Shown here: piece by piece, positions 45,180-54,555 of the stretch
How the letters are laid out: each line of letters starts with the position of its first letter
Numbering within the stretch: position 1 is the stretch's first letter
Origin: an uncultured bacterium
GTDB taxonomy: Bacteria > Krumholzibacteriota > Krumholzibacteriia > Krumholzibacteriales > Krumholzibacteriaceae
Direction: 5' to 3'
DNA: 64,000 nucleotides
Assembly: GCA_963786935.1 (NCBI GenBank)
Contig: CAWBAN010000003.1
Coordinates: 384,001-448,000, forward strand
The notes under the pieces: model-generated
Databases searched by the model: none
What the model was told of the DNA's origin: nothing
The model's input: only the letters and a program-made list of their open reading frames with translations
Translations under genes and position numbers: made by a program

Positions 45180-48100
45180 TCAATTTTCCCTTCTCCGCTG
45201 CGCCCAGCAGTACACCGTCGGAAGAACGAGGAGCGTCAAAAGGGTCGACGTGATCAGCCCGCCCATGACCACGACGGCGAGCGGCCTCTGGATGTCCGCC
45301 CCCGACCCGGCCGCGTACAGGAGGGGTAGCTGTCCGATGAAGGTCGTCAGGGCCGTCATCAGAAGCGGCCGGAAGCGAAGGGCGCATCCTTCACGCACGG
45401 TTTCGTCGACGGAACGGCCTTGCTGCCGAAGCTGTATGAAGAACGTCACGAGAACGACGCCGTTCTGCACGGCCACGCCGAGCAGCATGACGAACGCGAT
45501 CGACGCCGACACCGAGAGCGGTATCCCGAAGAGCACGACGGCGACGACGCCGCCGACGACCGCGAAGGGAAGATTCAGAAACACGAGGAGCGAGTAGCGT
45601 ATCGATCCGAGCGCCATGAAGAGGAGGAGGAGTATCGCGGCGAGCGCGACGGGAACCACGATGGAGATCTGCCGCATCGCCCGCTGCTGATTCTCGAACT
45701 GTCCTCCGTACTCGATGAAGTACCCGGGGGGCAGCGTGCCGGTGAGCGGCGCCAGAGCGCTCCGGGCCTCCCGCACGAAGCCGCCGAGATCGCGCCCGCG
45801 GATGTTCGTCTCGACGACGACGCGGCGCATCCCGTTTTCGCGGCTGATCTGCGCGGGAGCCTCGGTCAGCCGTATCGACGCGAGCTGCCCCAGGGGCACG
45901 CGCTCTCCGCCCGGAGCCGCTATCAACAGGCGTTCCACGTCTTCCAGGCGCGCCTTGCTCGATTCCGGAAAGCGGATGACGACGGCGAAGCGCTTCTCGT
46001 CCTCGGCGAGCATCGTCGCCGTCTTTCCCGCGAGCGCGGTCTCGATGAGATCTCCGACGTCGGCGGCGTTGATGCCGTATCGCGCGATGGCGCCCCGGTC
46101 GATCTCGACGTCGTACTGCTCCATCCCCGCGACCTGCTCGACCTTGACGTCCGCGGAGCCTTCGATCCCCGAAATGACCGCGGCGGCCTCGTCCGCGTAA
46201 CCCTTCAGGGCCTGCAGATCCGGTCCGAACAGCTTGACCGCGAGATCGCTCTTCACGCCGGAGATGAGCTCGTTGACGCGGAGCGCGATGGGCTGCGAGA
46301 TCGAGAGGCGCACCCCCGGAACGGCCGAGAGCGAATCGCTGATCGCGGCGACGAGCTCCTTCTTGTTCCGGCCGGTACCCCATTCCGCGCGGGGTTTCAG
46401 CATGATGGTGAGATCCGTTTGCTCGGGACCCATCGGGTCCTCCGAGATCTCGGCCCGTCCCGTTTTGCTGACCACCGTTGAGATCTCGGGGAACTTCAGA
46501 AGCTGCTTTTCCATGAAATCGGCCACGGCGACCGAGCCGTCGAGGGCGGCGTTCGGCAGCCGGACGACGTTGATGGCGATCGATCCTTCGTCGAGCGACG
46601 GCATGAACTCCGTGCCCATGCGGGGCGCGAGCACCGCCGCGACGGCGAGGGCGCCGAGCGCGATCGCGATGGTGGTCCGGGGATGGCGGACGGCACGGTC
46701 GAGCGCGCGCATATAGGCCGTCCGAAGGCGCCGCGCGAATCCGAATTCGCGCACCGGCGTCCGTTTCAGAAACGCGTCGGCGAGCACGGGGCTGATGAAG
46801 AGGGCGATCACGAGCGACACGAGGAGCGCGATCAGCATGGTCGCCGTGAGCGGCTTGAACATTCTTCCCTCGATCCCCTGCAGGGTGAAGAGCGGCACGA
46901 GAATGATCGCGATGATGAGCGCGGAGAAGGCGACCGGCCGCACGACCTCCGATACGGCCTCGGCGACGATCGCCCGCTTGGGCGCCTGATCGCCGCGGTC
47001 CGCGAGATGCCGCCGGATGTTCTCCACCACGACGATCGCCGCGTCGACGATGATGCCCACCGAGAACGCGAGCCCTCCGAGGCTCATCAGATTTGCGGAG
47101 AGCCCCAGCTGTTTCATCATGATGAAGGTGACGAGAAAGGTGAGGGGCAGGGAGAAGATCACGATCAGCGCCGTGCGCATCTCGAACAGGAAGAGGAAGA
47201 GCACGAGGATGACGAAGAGCGCGCCCTGCAGAAGGGCGCCTTGCACGGTGCCGATGCAATCCCGGATGAGGGAGGTGCGATCGTAGAAGACGCTGATGCG
47301 CACCCCTTTCGGGAGCGCGGGCCGGATGCGCTCCACCGCCTCTTTGACGCGGCCGACGACCTCGCGGGAGTTTTCCCCCTTGAGCATGATGACCATGCCG
47401 GCGACGGCCTCGCCCTTTCCGTCGCGGGTCACGGCTCCCTGCCGCGGTGCGGCGCCGATCGCCACCTCCGCGACGTCGCGGAGAAGCACCGGCGATCCGT
47501 CGTACGTCTTGAGGACGACGCGCTCGATGTCCGGGATGTCCCGCAGGAGCCCCACGCCGCGCAGATACGCCTGCTCCCATCCGCGAACGATCACGCCGCC
47601 GGCGGCGACCGCGTTGTTGCGTTCGACGGCCTCGAACACCTCGTCGACCGTCAGACCGTACTTCAGCAGCTTGGCGGGATCGACGAACACCTGATACTGC
47701 TTCACCCGGCCGCCGAAGCTGTTGATCTCGTTCACGCCGGGAATCGGTTTGAGGAGCGGTGCGACCAGCCAATCCTGTATCGTGCGCAGCTCCATCGGCG
47801 AATGCCTGTCGCTCTCGAGCGTGTACTGGAAGATCTCGCCGAGGCCGGTGCTGATCGGGCCGAGCTCCGGCTCCACCCCCGGGGAAGCTCTTCCCGGGCC
47901 TGCGAGAGCCGCTCGAATACGACCTGCCGGGTCCAGTAGGTGTCGACGCCGTCCTCGAACACGACGACGACCTGGGAGAGCTCTGCCCTCGAGAGGGAAC
48001 GCACGAGGGTGACCCGAGGCAGCCCGCGCATCTGCTGCTCGATCGGGTAGCTGACGCGCCGCTCGACGTCCACCGCGGCGAGCCCGGGGGCTTTCGTCAG

Positions 48101-48244
48101 GATCATGACCTGGGTGTTCGTGACGTCGGGGAACGCGTCGATTTCGATCCGGTTCCAGGCGACGGCGCCGAGCACCATCGCGAGGATCGTAACCGCGAAC
48201 ACGTAGGTGCGCTGAGCGAGCAGGAACGAAATGATCGAACGCAT
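45180..48244 (-). CDS. czcA: CusA/CzcA family heavy-metal efflux RND permease (frameshift at about 47876-47884)
   Basis: IDAFPDVTN.QV, PISTGLGEIFQY, GIIVDAAIVVVEN, RENGMRR, RFRPLLMTAL. Adding one C joins the two ORFs as ELPPGVEPELG. Confidence 0.88.
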
Positions 48245-48259
48245 GTGATCTCCTTTCGC

Positions 48260-49612
48260 TCAGTCGGCGCAGCCGGCGCCCATTTTCGAACGCAGGACGT
48301 CCGATTTCAGGAGAAACGCGCCGTCGGCGACCACGATCTGTCCCGGCTCGAGCCCGAGCAGGATCTCCGTGAATCCGTTCCGCTCGATTCCCTTGGCGAC
48401 GGGGCGGCGCACGAAGTACTCGCCGTCATGACGGATGAAAACGAAATCCCGGCCGTCGCTCGAGAGGACGGCGACGGAGGGGACGATGAGCGTCTCCTGC
48501 CGCCCGGGGAGGCGCAGGTGGACCGTGGCGAACATGCCGGGGCGGAGCCGCCCGTCCGGATTCGCAAGAACGATCCTGACCTTCACCGTCCGGCTCCTCC
48601 CGTCCAGGACGGAGCCGACGTAATCCACTCTGCCGGCGAACTCCTCGCCGGGATAGGCCTGCACGGTCGCGACCGCCTGCACGTCGCCCCGCTTGTCGAG
48701 ATCGAGCACCTTCGCCAGATCCCGTTCGTAGAGATCGGCCCAGAGCCAGAGCCGTGAGAGGTCGGCGACGAGCACCGCCGCGTCGCCGCCGTCCAGCTGC
48801 TCGCCCGCGACGCCGCGAAGCTCGAGCACCGTTCCCGCGAACGGCGCACGGAGCACCATCTCGCCGGAGGCGCCTTCCATGCCCGTGGAGATGAGCGTTT
48901 CTATGTCGCTCTCCCGCAGCCCCAGCCGCGCGAGCTTCTGCCGGGCGGCCTCCATGCGGATCCGCGCCGAGACCGCGGCGGACTCCGCCTCGAGCAGCTC
49001 GCGTTCGGCGGTGACGCCCGCCGCGCGCAGCTCCTTATGGCGCTCATATGCCTTAAAGGCGAGCCGCATCGCGGATTCGGCGTCGAGGAATTCGGCCTCG
49101 GCCGCGGCGAGATCGACGCTCTGCAGCGCGAGGAGCTCCTGCGCCGCGACGACGCGCTGTCCGAGATCGACGAGCACTTTCTTCACGATCCCGGGCGCGG
49201 CCGGCGAGAGCCGGGCCGCCTTGAGCTCGTTCAGGGTGACCTCTCCGGTGAGCGCCAGGATCGCGTCGCCCGCGCTCTTCGAGACCTCCACGGTCTTGAT
49301 GAGACCGCTCTCGAGAAGGGTCTTCGGCACCTTCACCATGCCGACCTCGTATCGGCACTCGGCGCACTGATACGTGAGCGTGCCGTGCCCGCACACGGTT
49401 GCGAGGATCTCGTCGATCGGCATGTCCAGGTCGGATTTCTCCGAAGCCTCGGGGCGCGCCTCCGGGGCCGCCGGCCGCTCCTCGGCGCGATTGTCGATTT
49501 CGTTCCTCTCCTCCCTCGTGGAAGCGCTCTGGCAGCCGTGAAAGGAAACGCTCGCGATCAGTGAGAGCACGAGCGCTTCGAACAGAAGCTTTGGGCGGGA
49601 TCGATTATTCAC
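48260..49612 (-). CDS. czcB: CzcB-like RND periplasmic adaptor with an N-terminal Cys/His motif
   Basis: GIVKKVLVDLG, LRAPFAGTV, SRTVKVR..LANPDGRLRPGMF; motif CGH...CAECRYE. GTG start with AGGAGG RBS. Confidence 0.85.
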   Translation of the reverse strand: MNNRSRPKLLFEALVLSLIASVSFHGCQSASTREERNEIDNRAEERPAAPEARPEASEKSDLDMPIDEILATVCGHGTLTYQCAECRYEVGMVKVPKTLLESGLIKTVEVSKSAGDAILALTGEVTLNELKAARLSPAAPGIVKKVLVDLGQRVVAAQELLALQSVDLAAAEAEFLDAESAMRLAFKAYERHKELRAAGVTAERELLEAESAAVSARIRMEAARQKLARLGLRESDIETLISTGMEGASGEMVLRAPFAGTVLELRGVAGEQLDGGDAAVLVADLSRLWLWADLYERDLAKVLDLDKRGDVQAVATVQAYPGEEFAGRVDYVGSVLDGRSRTVKVRIVLANPDGRLRPGMFATVHLRLPGRQETLIVPSVAVLSSDGRDFVFIRHDGEYFVRRPVAKGIERNGFTEILLGLEPGQIVVADGAFLLKSDVLRSKMGAGCAD

Positions 49613-50855
49613 GATCAGGACCTCCTGTGAGTACCGACATGTCGAGCATCGCGCTGAGATAGTCATATTGAACGGTCACGAAGCCGCTCTGGGCCCGGAC
49701 AAGGGCGCGCCTCGCGTCCAGAACGTCGACGAGACCGCATTCCCCGATCCTGTACAGGGTCTCGAGGTCTCCGAGCGCGCGCCGCATATTCGGGATGATT
49801 TCCGACCGGTAGCGCGCGGCCGCGCCCAGGGACGCGCTCGCGCGCGCGTGCGCCTCCAGGAGGGAGGCACGGATGCGTTTCTCCGTCAGGTCGGCGTCGG
49901 CGGCGGTCCGGCTCGCTTCGGCCTTCGCCTTGGCGATTCCGCCCCGGTTCCAGTTCCAGAGCGGCACGGTCACCGTGATGAGTCCCCCGACGTTGCGGGT
50001 ATCGAACTCCTCGCCGTAGAACGCCCCGATGCCCAGATCCGGCACGACCGCGTGCTTCTCGGCCGATATGGCGCGGGCCGCCTGCTCCTGGCGCGCACGC
50101 GCGGCCAGGGCCGCCGGATTCTCCGTCGCGGCGCGGGCCATGGTCTCGTCGAGCGGTGGCGGGGGGGTGACGGACGTGCTGTCGATTTCGACCAGGAATT
50201 CCCGGGGGAGTTGCGACGCCAGCCACATATTGAGCTCCCCGCGACGCGCAGCGGCTTCGCGGTCCGCCCGTTCGATCTCGACACGGAACTCCTCCAGCTC
50301 TCCCCGCAATCGCGCGAGCTCGAGAGGCCGCGCCTCGCCATGGTCGACGCGCACGCGCGCCGCCTCGGCGAGCGCGGCGAGATGCCGCTCGGATTCCCGA
50401 AACATCCGCAGGTTCTCCTGGTCGCGCGCGATCATGAGGTACAAGCCGCGCAGCTCGCGGTACACTTCCAACCGGGTCGCCGAGGCGTCGAAGCGGGCGG
50501 CATCGACGCCCGATTTCGCGGCTTTGACGCGGTTTCGGTATGTGCCCGGCCACTGCAGGGGGATGGTCAGCTCCAGATCCCAGATCGATCTGCGCCCCGT
50601 ACCCTCGAGCTCCGTGCTCTCTCCTGCGCTCATCACGAGCTCCGGGTTCGGAAACTGCTTGACGGTTCTGAGCTCCCCTTCCGCGACGCCGACCTGGCCG
50701 AGCGCCGCGCTCCAGGCGGGATGAGTATCCAGAAGCCTTTCGACATCCCGCCACGCCAGAACGGGGATCCTCTCAGCGAAGAGGAACGAGGGAACAGAAA
50801 GGGTCATCATCGAGATAAACGTCGTCAAAACGAATATGCGCCGTATAAGGCACAT
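49605..50855 (-). CDS. czcC: TolC/CzcC family outer-membrane efflux protein
   Basis: Signal peptide, FPNPEL, VPLWNWNRG.I, YRIGE..LVDVLDARR. AAGGAG RBS. Confidence 0.85.
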   Translation of the reverse strand: MCLIRRIFVLTTFISMMTLSVPSFLFAERIPVLAWRDVERLLDTHPAWSAALGQVGVAEGELRTVKQFPNPELVMSAGESTELEGTGRRSIWDLELTIPLQWPGTYRNRVKAAKSGVDAARFDASATRLEVYRELRGLYLMIARDQENLRMFRESERHLAALAEAARVRVDHGEARPLELARLRGELEEFRVEIERADREAAARRGELNMWLASQLPREFLVEIDSTSVTPPPPLDETMARAATENPAALAARARQEQAARAISAEKHAVVPDLGIGAFYGEEFDTRNVGGLITVTVPLWNWNRGGIAKAKAEASRTAADADLTEKRIRASLLEAHARASASLGAAARYRSEIIPNMRRALGDLETLYRIGECGLVDVLDARRALVRAQSGFVTVQYDYLSAMLDMSVLTGGPDRE

Positions 50856-50941
50856 GGTGGTGTCGCTCCTTTCAAGCATCAAAAGGGATCCGCCGGCCAT
50901 GGCATGGCCGGGATTCACTGCACCGGATTTCCGAGGTTGTG

Positions 50942-51247
50942 TTAGGAGAGCCGCGGCGGGCGATCGAGTTCGAACGTCGGCGAAGACGTTTCCGAGGGGG
51001 TATTATCTTCAGGCATGCTCATGCATTCCGGCGACGGGAGCGGGGATCGCGCGGCGAGCGTCGCCGCTACGTGGCAGAGGCATTGACAGGAATTGCAGTG
51101 CGCCGGATTCGGAGCGGATTCGGAGTCGCAGCAATCGGAAGCCGATTCCTCCGCCGATTGCAGTACAAGGCAGCATGCTCCGCCGAGCATGCCGGCCAGT
51201 ACGAGGACGGAAACCAGAAGAATACAAGGTATGATCTTCTTGAACAA
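50942..51247 (-). CDS. Cys-rich exported-type leader protein (CzcI/DUF2946-like) ending in DRPPR
   Basis: TTG start with GGAG RBS; hydrophobic N-terminus; CC, CC and HCNSCQCLCH motifs; Pro/Ser linker; C-terminal ELDRPPRLS; first gene of the czcCBA-like operon. Confidence 0.72.
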   Translation of the reverse strand: MFKKIIPCILLVSVLVLAGMLGGACCLVLQSAEESASDCCDSESAPNPAHCNSCQCLCHVAATLAARSPLPSPECMSMPEDNTPSETSSPTFELDRPPRLS

Positions 51248-51300
51248 AGCGCTTGCTCCGTTGTCGTTTGCCGTTTGTCCGAGCGCCGAATTGTGGTGTA

Positions 51301-51329
51301 AATATAGCGGGGCTAACATGTTCTGTCAA
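51301..51329 (-). promoter_or_regulatory. Sigma-70 promoter of the leader-czcCBA operon
   Basis: TTGACA-17 nt-TATATT on the minus strand; palindrome AACATGTT in the spacer. Confidence 0.7.
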
Positions 51330-51390
51330 GGCCCCCGCGTATGGGCGCGGCTTGACGCCGAATTGAATCTCCCACGGATACGGGGATTTT

Positions 51391-51399
51391 TGGTAGAAT
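51391..51399 (+). promoter_or_regulatory. Extended -10 promoter (TGnTAGAAT), likely leaderless transcript
   Basis: TGGTAGAAT, 7 nt, then ATG 51407; no SD sequence. Confidence 0.5.
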
Positions 51400-51406
51400 G
51401 CGAAAT

Positions 51407-51862
51407 ATGAATAACACGAACCATAGGGCGCATGGAGTGCTGTTTCTGATTCTCGCCGTCGGCGCGTGGATCCTCGGCATGGCGGCGGTGATGGGGCGCT
51501 CGGCACGGTGGGGCATCGCCGGTTTCGCGCTCATCGTCGCGGCCTTCGCCGTCGTGGTCTATTTCTACTGCGCCAAGTGCACGGTCCGGAAGGTCTGCAG
51601 TCACGTGCTGCCGGGATATTTGACCCGCATCTTTCCGAGAAGAGAGATCGGTCCCTACTCGCGGACGGACGTCTTCGCGATGGCCGCGGCGTTCATCGTC
51701 ACGACCCTCTTTCCGCTGTACTGGCTCGCGGGGAACATTCCGCTGCTGCTCGTTTACTGCGTAATCCTGACCGTCGCGGTCGTCGATCTGCGCGCGAAGG
51801 TTTGCGGGGATTGCAAGAACGTCTTCTGCGTGCTCAAGAAACATCCCCCGAAAAACCGGTAG
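51407..51862 (+). CDS. Small 4-TM membrane protein with CxxC motifs
   Basis: Four hydrophobic helices; YCAKCTVRKVCSH and VCGDCKNVFC. Confidence 0.7.
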   Translation: MNNTNHRAHGVLFLILAVGAWILGMAAVMGRSARWGIAGFALIVAAFAVVVYFYCAKCTVRKVCSHVLPGYLTRIFPRREIGPYSRTDVFAMAAAFIVTTLFPLYWLAGNIPLLLVYCVILTVAVVDLRAKVCGDCKNVFCVLKKHPPKNR

Positions 51863-51895
51863 CTCCGATTCCGCATTGGAACGGGGGCCGTCGCG

Positions 51896-52729
51896 ATGAA
51901 GCAAGACGAAGGAGTTTTTCAAGGGGCAGGCGGCATCGAGCTCTACTTTCGTTGCCGGCGGCCCGACGGGGAGACGCGCGGTGTTCTCGCGATCGTTCAC
52001 GGCCACGGCGAGCACAGCGGGCGCTATGCGAACGTCGTTGACGCCCTCGTGCCGCGCGGCTATGCCGTCTACGGCTTCGACCACCGCGGGCACGGGCGCT
52101 CCCCGGGCCGGCGCGGGCATATCGATTCTTGGGCCCAGTATCGCGGCGACGTGGAGGCCTTCCTGCGGCTTATTGAAAGTCGTGAGCCGCATCGCCCGGT
52201 CTTTCTCATGGGGCACAGCATGGGGGCCCTCGTCGCGCTCGATTACCTGATTCACGATTCGAAAGGAATACGGGGAGCAATCATCAGCGGCGCGCCGATC
52301 GAGCCGGCCGGCATCGCAAAGCCCGCGCTCGTGCTCATGTCTCGTCTGCTGTCGCGCGTGTGCCCGCGATTCCCGCTGCGGCTTGCCTTGGACACGTCGG
52401 CGCTTTCCCGCGACGAGGCGGTCGTGCGGGCGTACGTCGACGATCCCCTCGTCCACGGGAGATTCACCGCCCGGTGGGGCACCGAATCTCTTGCCGCGGT
52501 GGCCCGGATCAAGGCCCGAGCGGCCGAGGTGGACGTTCCCGTTCTTTTTGTTCATGGCGAAGCGGACCGGTTGAATCTCCTGATCGGGATCCGCGACTTC
52601 TTCCCGAAGGTCGCCTCCACGGACAAAACACTGCGGATCTATCCCGAAATGTTTCATGAACCTCACAACGATTTCGGTTATGATCGGTACCTGAGCGATC
52701 TGGAGCGCTGGCTCACGGAGCATCTATGA
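51896..52729 (+). CDS. Lysophospholipase / monoacylglycerol lipase (alpha/beta hydrolase)
   Basis: VHGHGEHSGRY, DHRGHGRS.G.RG, GHSMG, HE catalytic His. Confidence 0.9.
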   Translation: MKQDEGVFQGAGGIELYFRCRRPDGETRGVLAIVHGHGEHSGRYANVVDALVPRGYAVYGFDHRGHGRSPGRRGHIDSWAQYRGDVEAFLRLIESREPHRPVFLMGHSMGALVALDYLIHDSKGIRGAIISGAPIEPAGIAKPALVLMSRLLSRVCPRFPLRLALDTSALSRDEAVVRAYVDDPLVHGRFTARWGTESLAAVARIKARAAEVDVPVLFVHGEADRLNLLIGIRDFFPKVASTDKTLRIYPEMFHEPHNDFGYDRYLSDLERWLTEHL

Positions 52730-54552
52730 ACAAGCCGACACCCGATTCGATCGCCGCTGCCTTCCGGGACGCGGCCGCGCGCTATTCCGGCAAGCCGGCC
52801 CTGCGGTTCAAGGGGGAGGACGGGGAGTACCGGAGCGTCAGCTACAAGGATCTGGCGGCCGCCGTCGACCGCCTGATCGCGTCCCTGCGCCGTCTCGGCG
52901 TTGCGAAGGGGGACCGCGTCGCGATCTTCGCCTACCACGGTCCCGAGTGGGTCATGGCCGATCTCGCCTGCCTCGAGCTCGGCGCCGTGATCGTGCCCCT
53001 CTATCACACGCTCTCGCCGCCCGCCGCGAAATACATCCTCAACGATTCGGGGTGCAAGCTCGTCTTCGTCGAGAACAAGCAGCTCTTCGATGTGATCGAA
53101 TCGATACGGGGAGAGGTGCCGTCGCTCGAGCACGTCGTCGTGTTCGACGACACGGGCATTGAGAAGGGGCCGCATATTAAATTCGCCGATCTGACGGCGG
53201 AGGGTGCGGAAGGCGGGAGCGGCAAGGCGCGGGGCGAACGCGCCGCCGGAGCGGCCCTGCCGCCCGTATCCTCGGGCGACCCAGCGACGATCGTCTACAC
53301 GTCGGGCACGACGGGCGCTCCGAAGGGGGTCGTGCTGTCTCATGAGAACATTCTCTTCGACGCGTTCGCCGCGATGCGGCATTTCGAGGTCGGCCCGGAG
53401 GATACGTTTCTCTCGTTCCTGCCGCTCTGCCATATGTTCGAGCGGACATGCGGGTACTATTCGATGCTCTTCGCCGGCGCGACGATCGGCTACGCGGAGG
53501 GAGTCTCGACCATCGTGAGCGATGTGCAGAAGATCCGGCCGACGATCATCATCGTCGTGCCGCGCATCGTCGAGAAGATCTACGAAGCGGTCGAGAGCAA
53601 GGTAACGGAGGCGCCGCTTCTGCGGCGTAAGCTCGTGTACGGAGCGGTGAAATGCCTCAACGAGCGCGTGAATCGCCTCTACCGCGGCGAGCCGGTGCCG
53701 CTCCTTCTCCGCATGCGTTCCGCGCTCTGCGAGCGCATCGTCGCGTCGAAATTCAGGCAGATCGCCGGCGGTAGGCTCCGTCTCCTCGTATCCGGCGGGG
53801 CGCCCCTCGACCGGAAGCTCGCCAAGACGCTCCGCGTCCTCGGCTTCAACATCGTCGAAGGATACGGCCTGACGGAGACCGCGCCGATCGTGTGCGTCGG
53901 CGCGCTCGAGGGCCATCGCCTCGGCACGGTCGGAAAGCCCCTCGACGGGATCGAGCTGAAGATCGGCGAATGGGACGAGATCCTCGTCAAGGGACCGAAT
54001 CTCATGTGCGGTTATTTCAACCTGCCCGAGGAGACGGCGAAGGCGATCGACGGGGAGGGGTGGTTCCACACGGGGGATCAGGGGCGTCTCGACGAGCGGG
54101 GAAACCTCGTCATCACGGGGAGGCTCAAGGAGCTCATCGTCACGTCGTACGGGAAGAAGGTGGCGCCCGTCCCGATAGAGGCGGATATTCTGAAAAGCCC
54201 GTACATCGATCAGGTGGTCCTCTTCGGCGACAACAGGAAGTTCATCACCGCCCTCGTCGTCCCGCAGCGCGAGGCGATCGAGCGATTCGCGCGGGAGAAG
54301 GGGATCGCGATCGCCGATTACCCGGCGCTTCTCGCCCGGAAAGAGATAACCGATCTCGTCGCGGCCGAGATCGAGCGGGCGACGGTCGATCTCACGCCGT
54401 TCGAGAAGGTCAGGGCGTTCAAGCTGCTCCCCGACGGCTTCACCGTCGCGAACGAGCTCCTCACCCCGACGCTCAAGCTCAGAAGAAAAAAGATCGTGGA
54501 GCGATACCAGGACGCAATCGACGCGCTGTACGCCGCGTGCAAGGAAAGGTGA
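52726..54552 (+). CDS. Long-chain fatty acid-CoA ligase (AMP-binding)
   Basis: YTSGTTGAPKG, LSFLPLCHMFER, EGYGLTET, WFHTGD, LTPTLKLRR. Confidence 0.92.
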   Translation: MNKPTPDSIAAAFRDAAARYSGKPALRFKGEDGEYRSVSYKDLAAAVDRLIASLRRLGVAKGDRVAIFAYHGPEWVMADLACLELGAVIVPLYHTLSPPAAKYILNDSGCKLVFVENKQLFDVIESIRGEVPSLEHVVVFDDTGIEKGPHIKFADLTAEGAEGGSGKARGERAAGAALPPVSSGDPATIVYTSGTTGAPKGVVLSHENILFDAFAAMRHFEVGPEDTFLSFLPLCHMFERTCGYYSMLFAGATIGYAEGVSTIVSDVQKIRPTIIIVVPRIVEKIYEAVESKVTEAPLLRRKLVYGAVKCLNERVNRLYRGEPVPLLLRMRSALCERIVASKFRQIAGGRLRLLVSGGAPLDRKLAKTLRVLGFNIVEGYGLTETAPIVCVGALEGHRLGTVGKPLDGIELKIGEWDEILVKGPNLMCGYFNLPEETAKAIDGEGWFHTGDQGRLDERGNLVITGRLKELIVTSYGKKVAPVPIEADILKSPYIDQVVLFGDNRKFITALVVPQREAIERFAREKGIAIADYPALLARKEITDLVAAEIERATVDLTPFEKVRAFKLLPDGFTVANELLTPTLKLRRKKIVERYQDAIDALYAACKER

Positions 54553-54555
54553 ACG

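Noticed and set aside
47870..47890. Programmed frameshift or true pseudogene in czcA
   Set aside because: No canonical slippery heptamer is evident; one missing C in a homopolymer restores a normal gene, and similar defects occur elsewhere in the window.
51366..51389. CsoR/RcnR-like operator (AATCTCCC...GGGGATTT)
   Set aside because: The inverted repeat is imperfect, lacks the TAC/GTA core, and no such regulator is encoded nearby.
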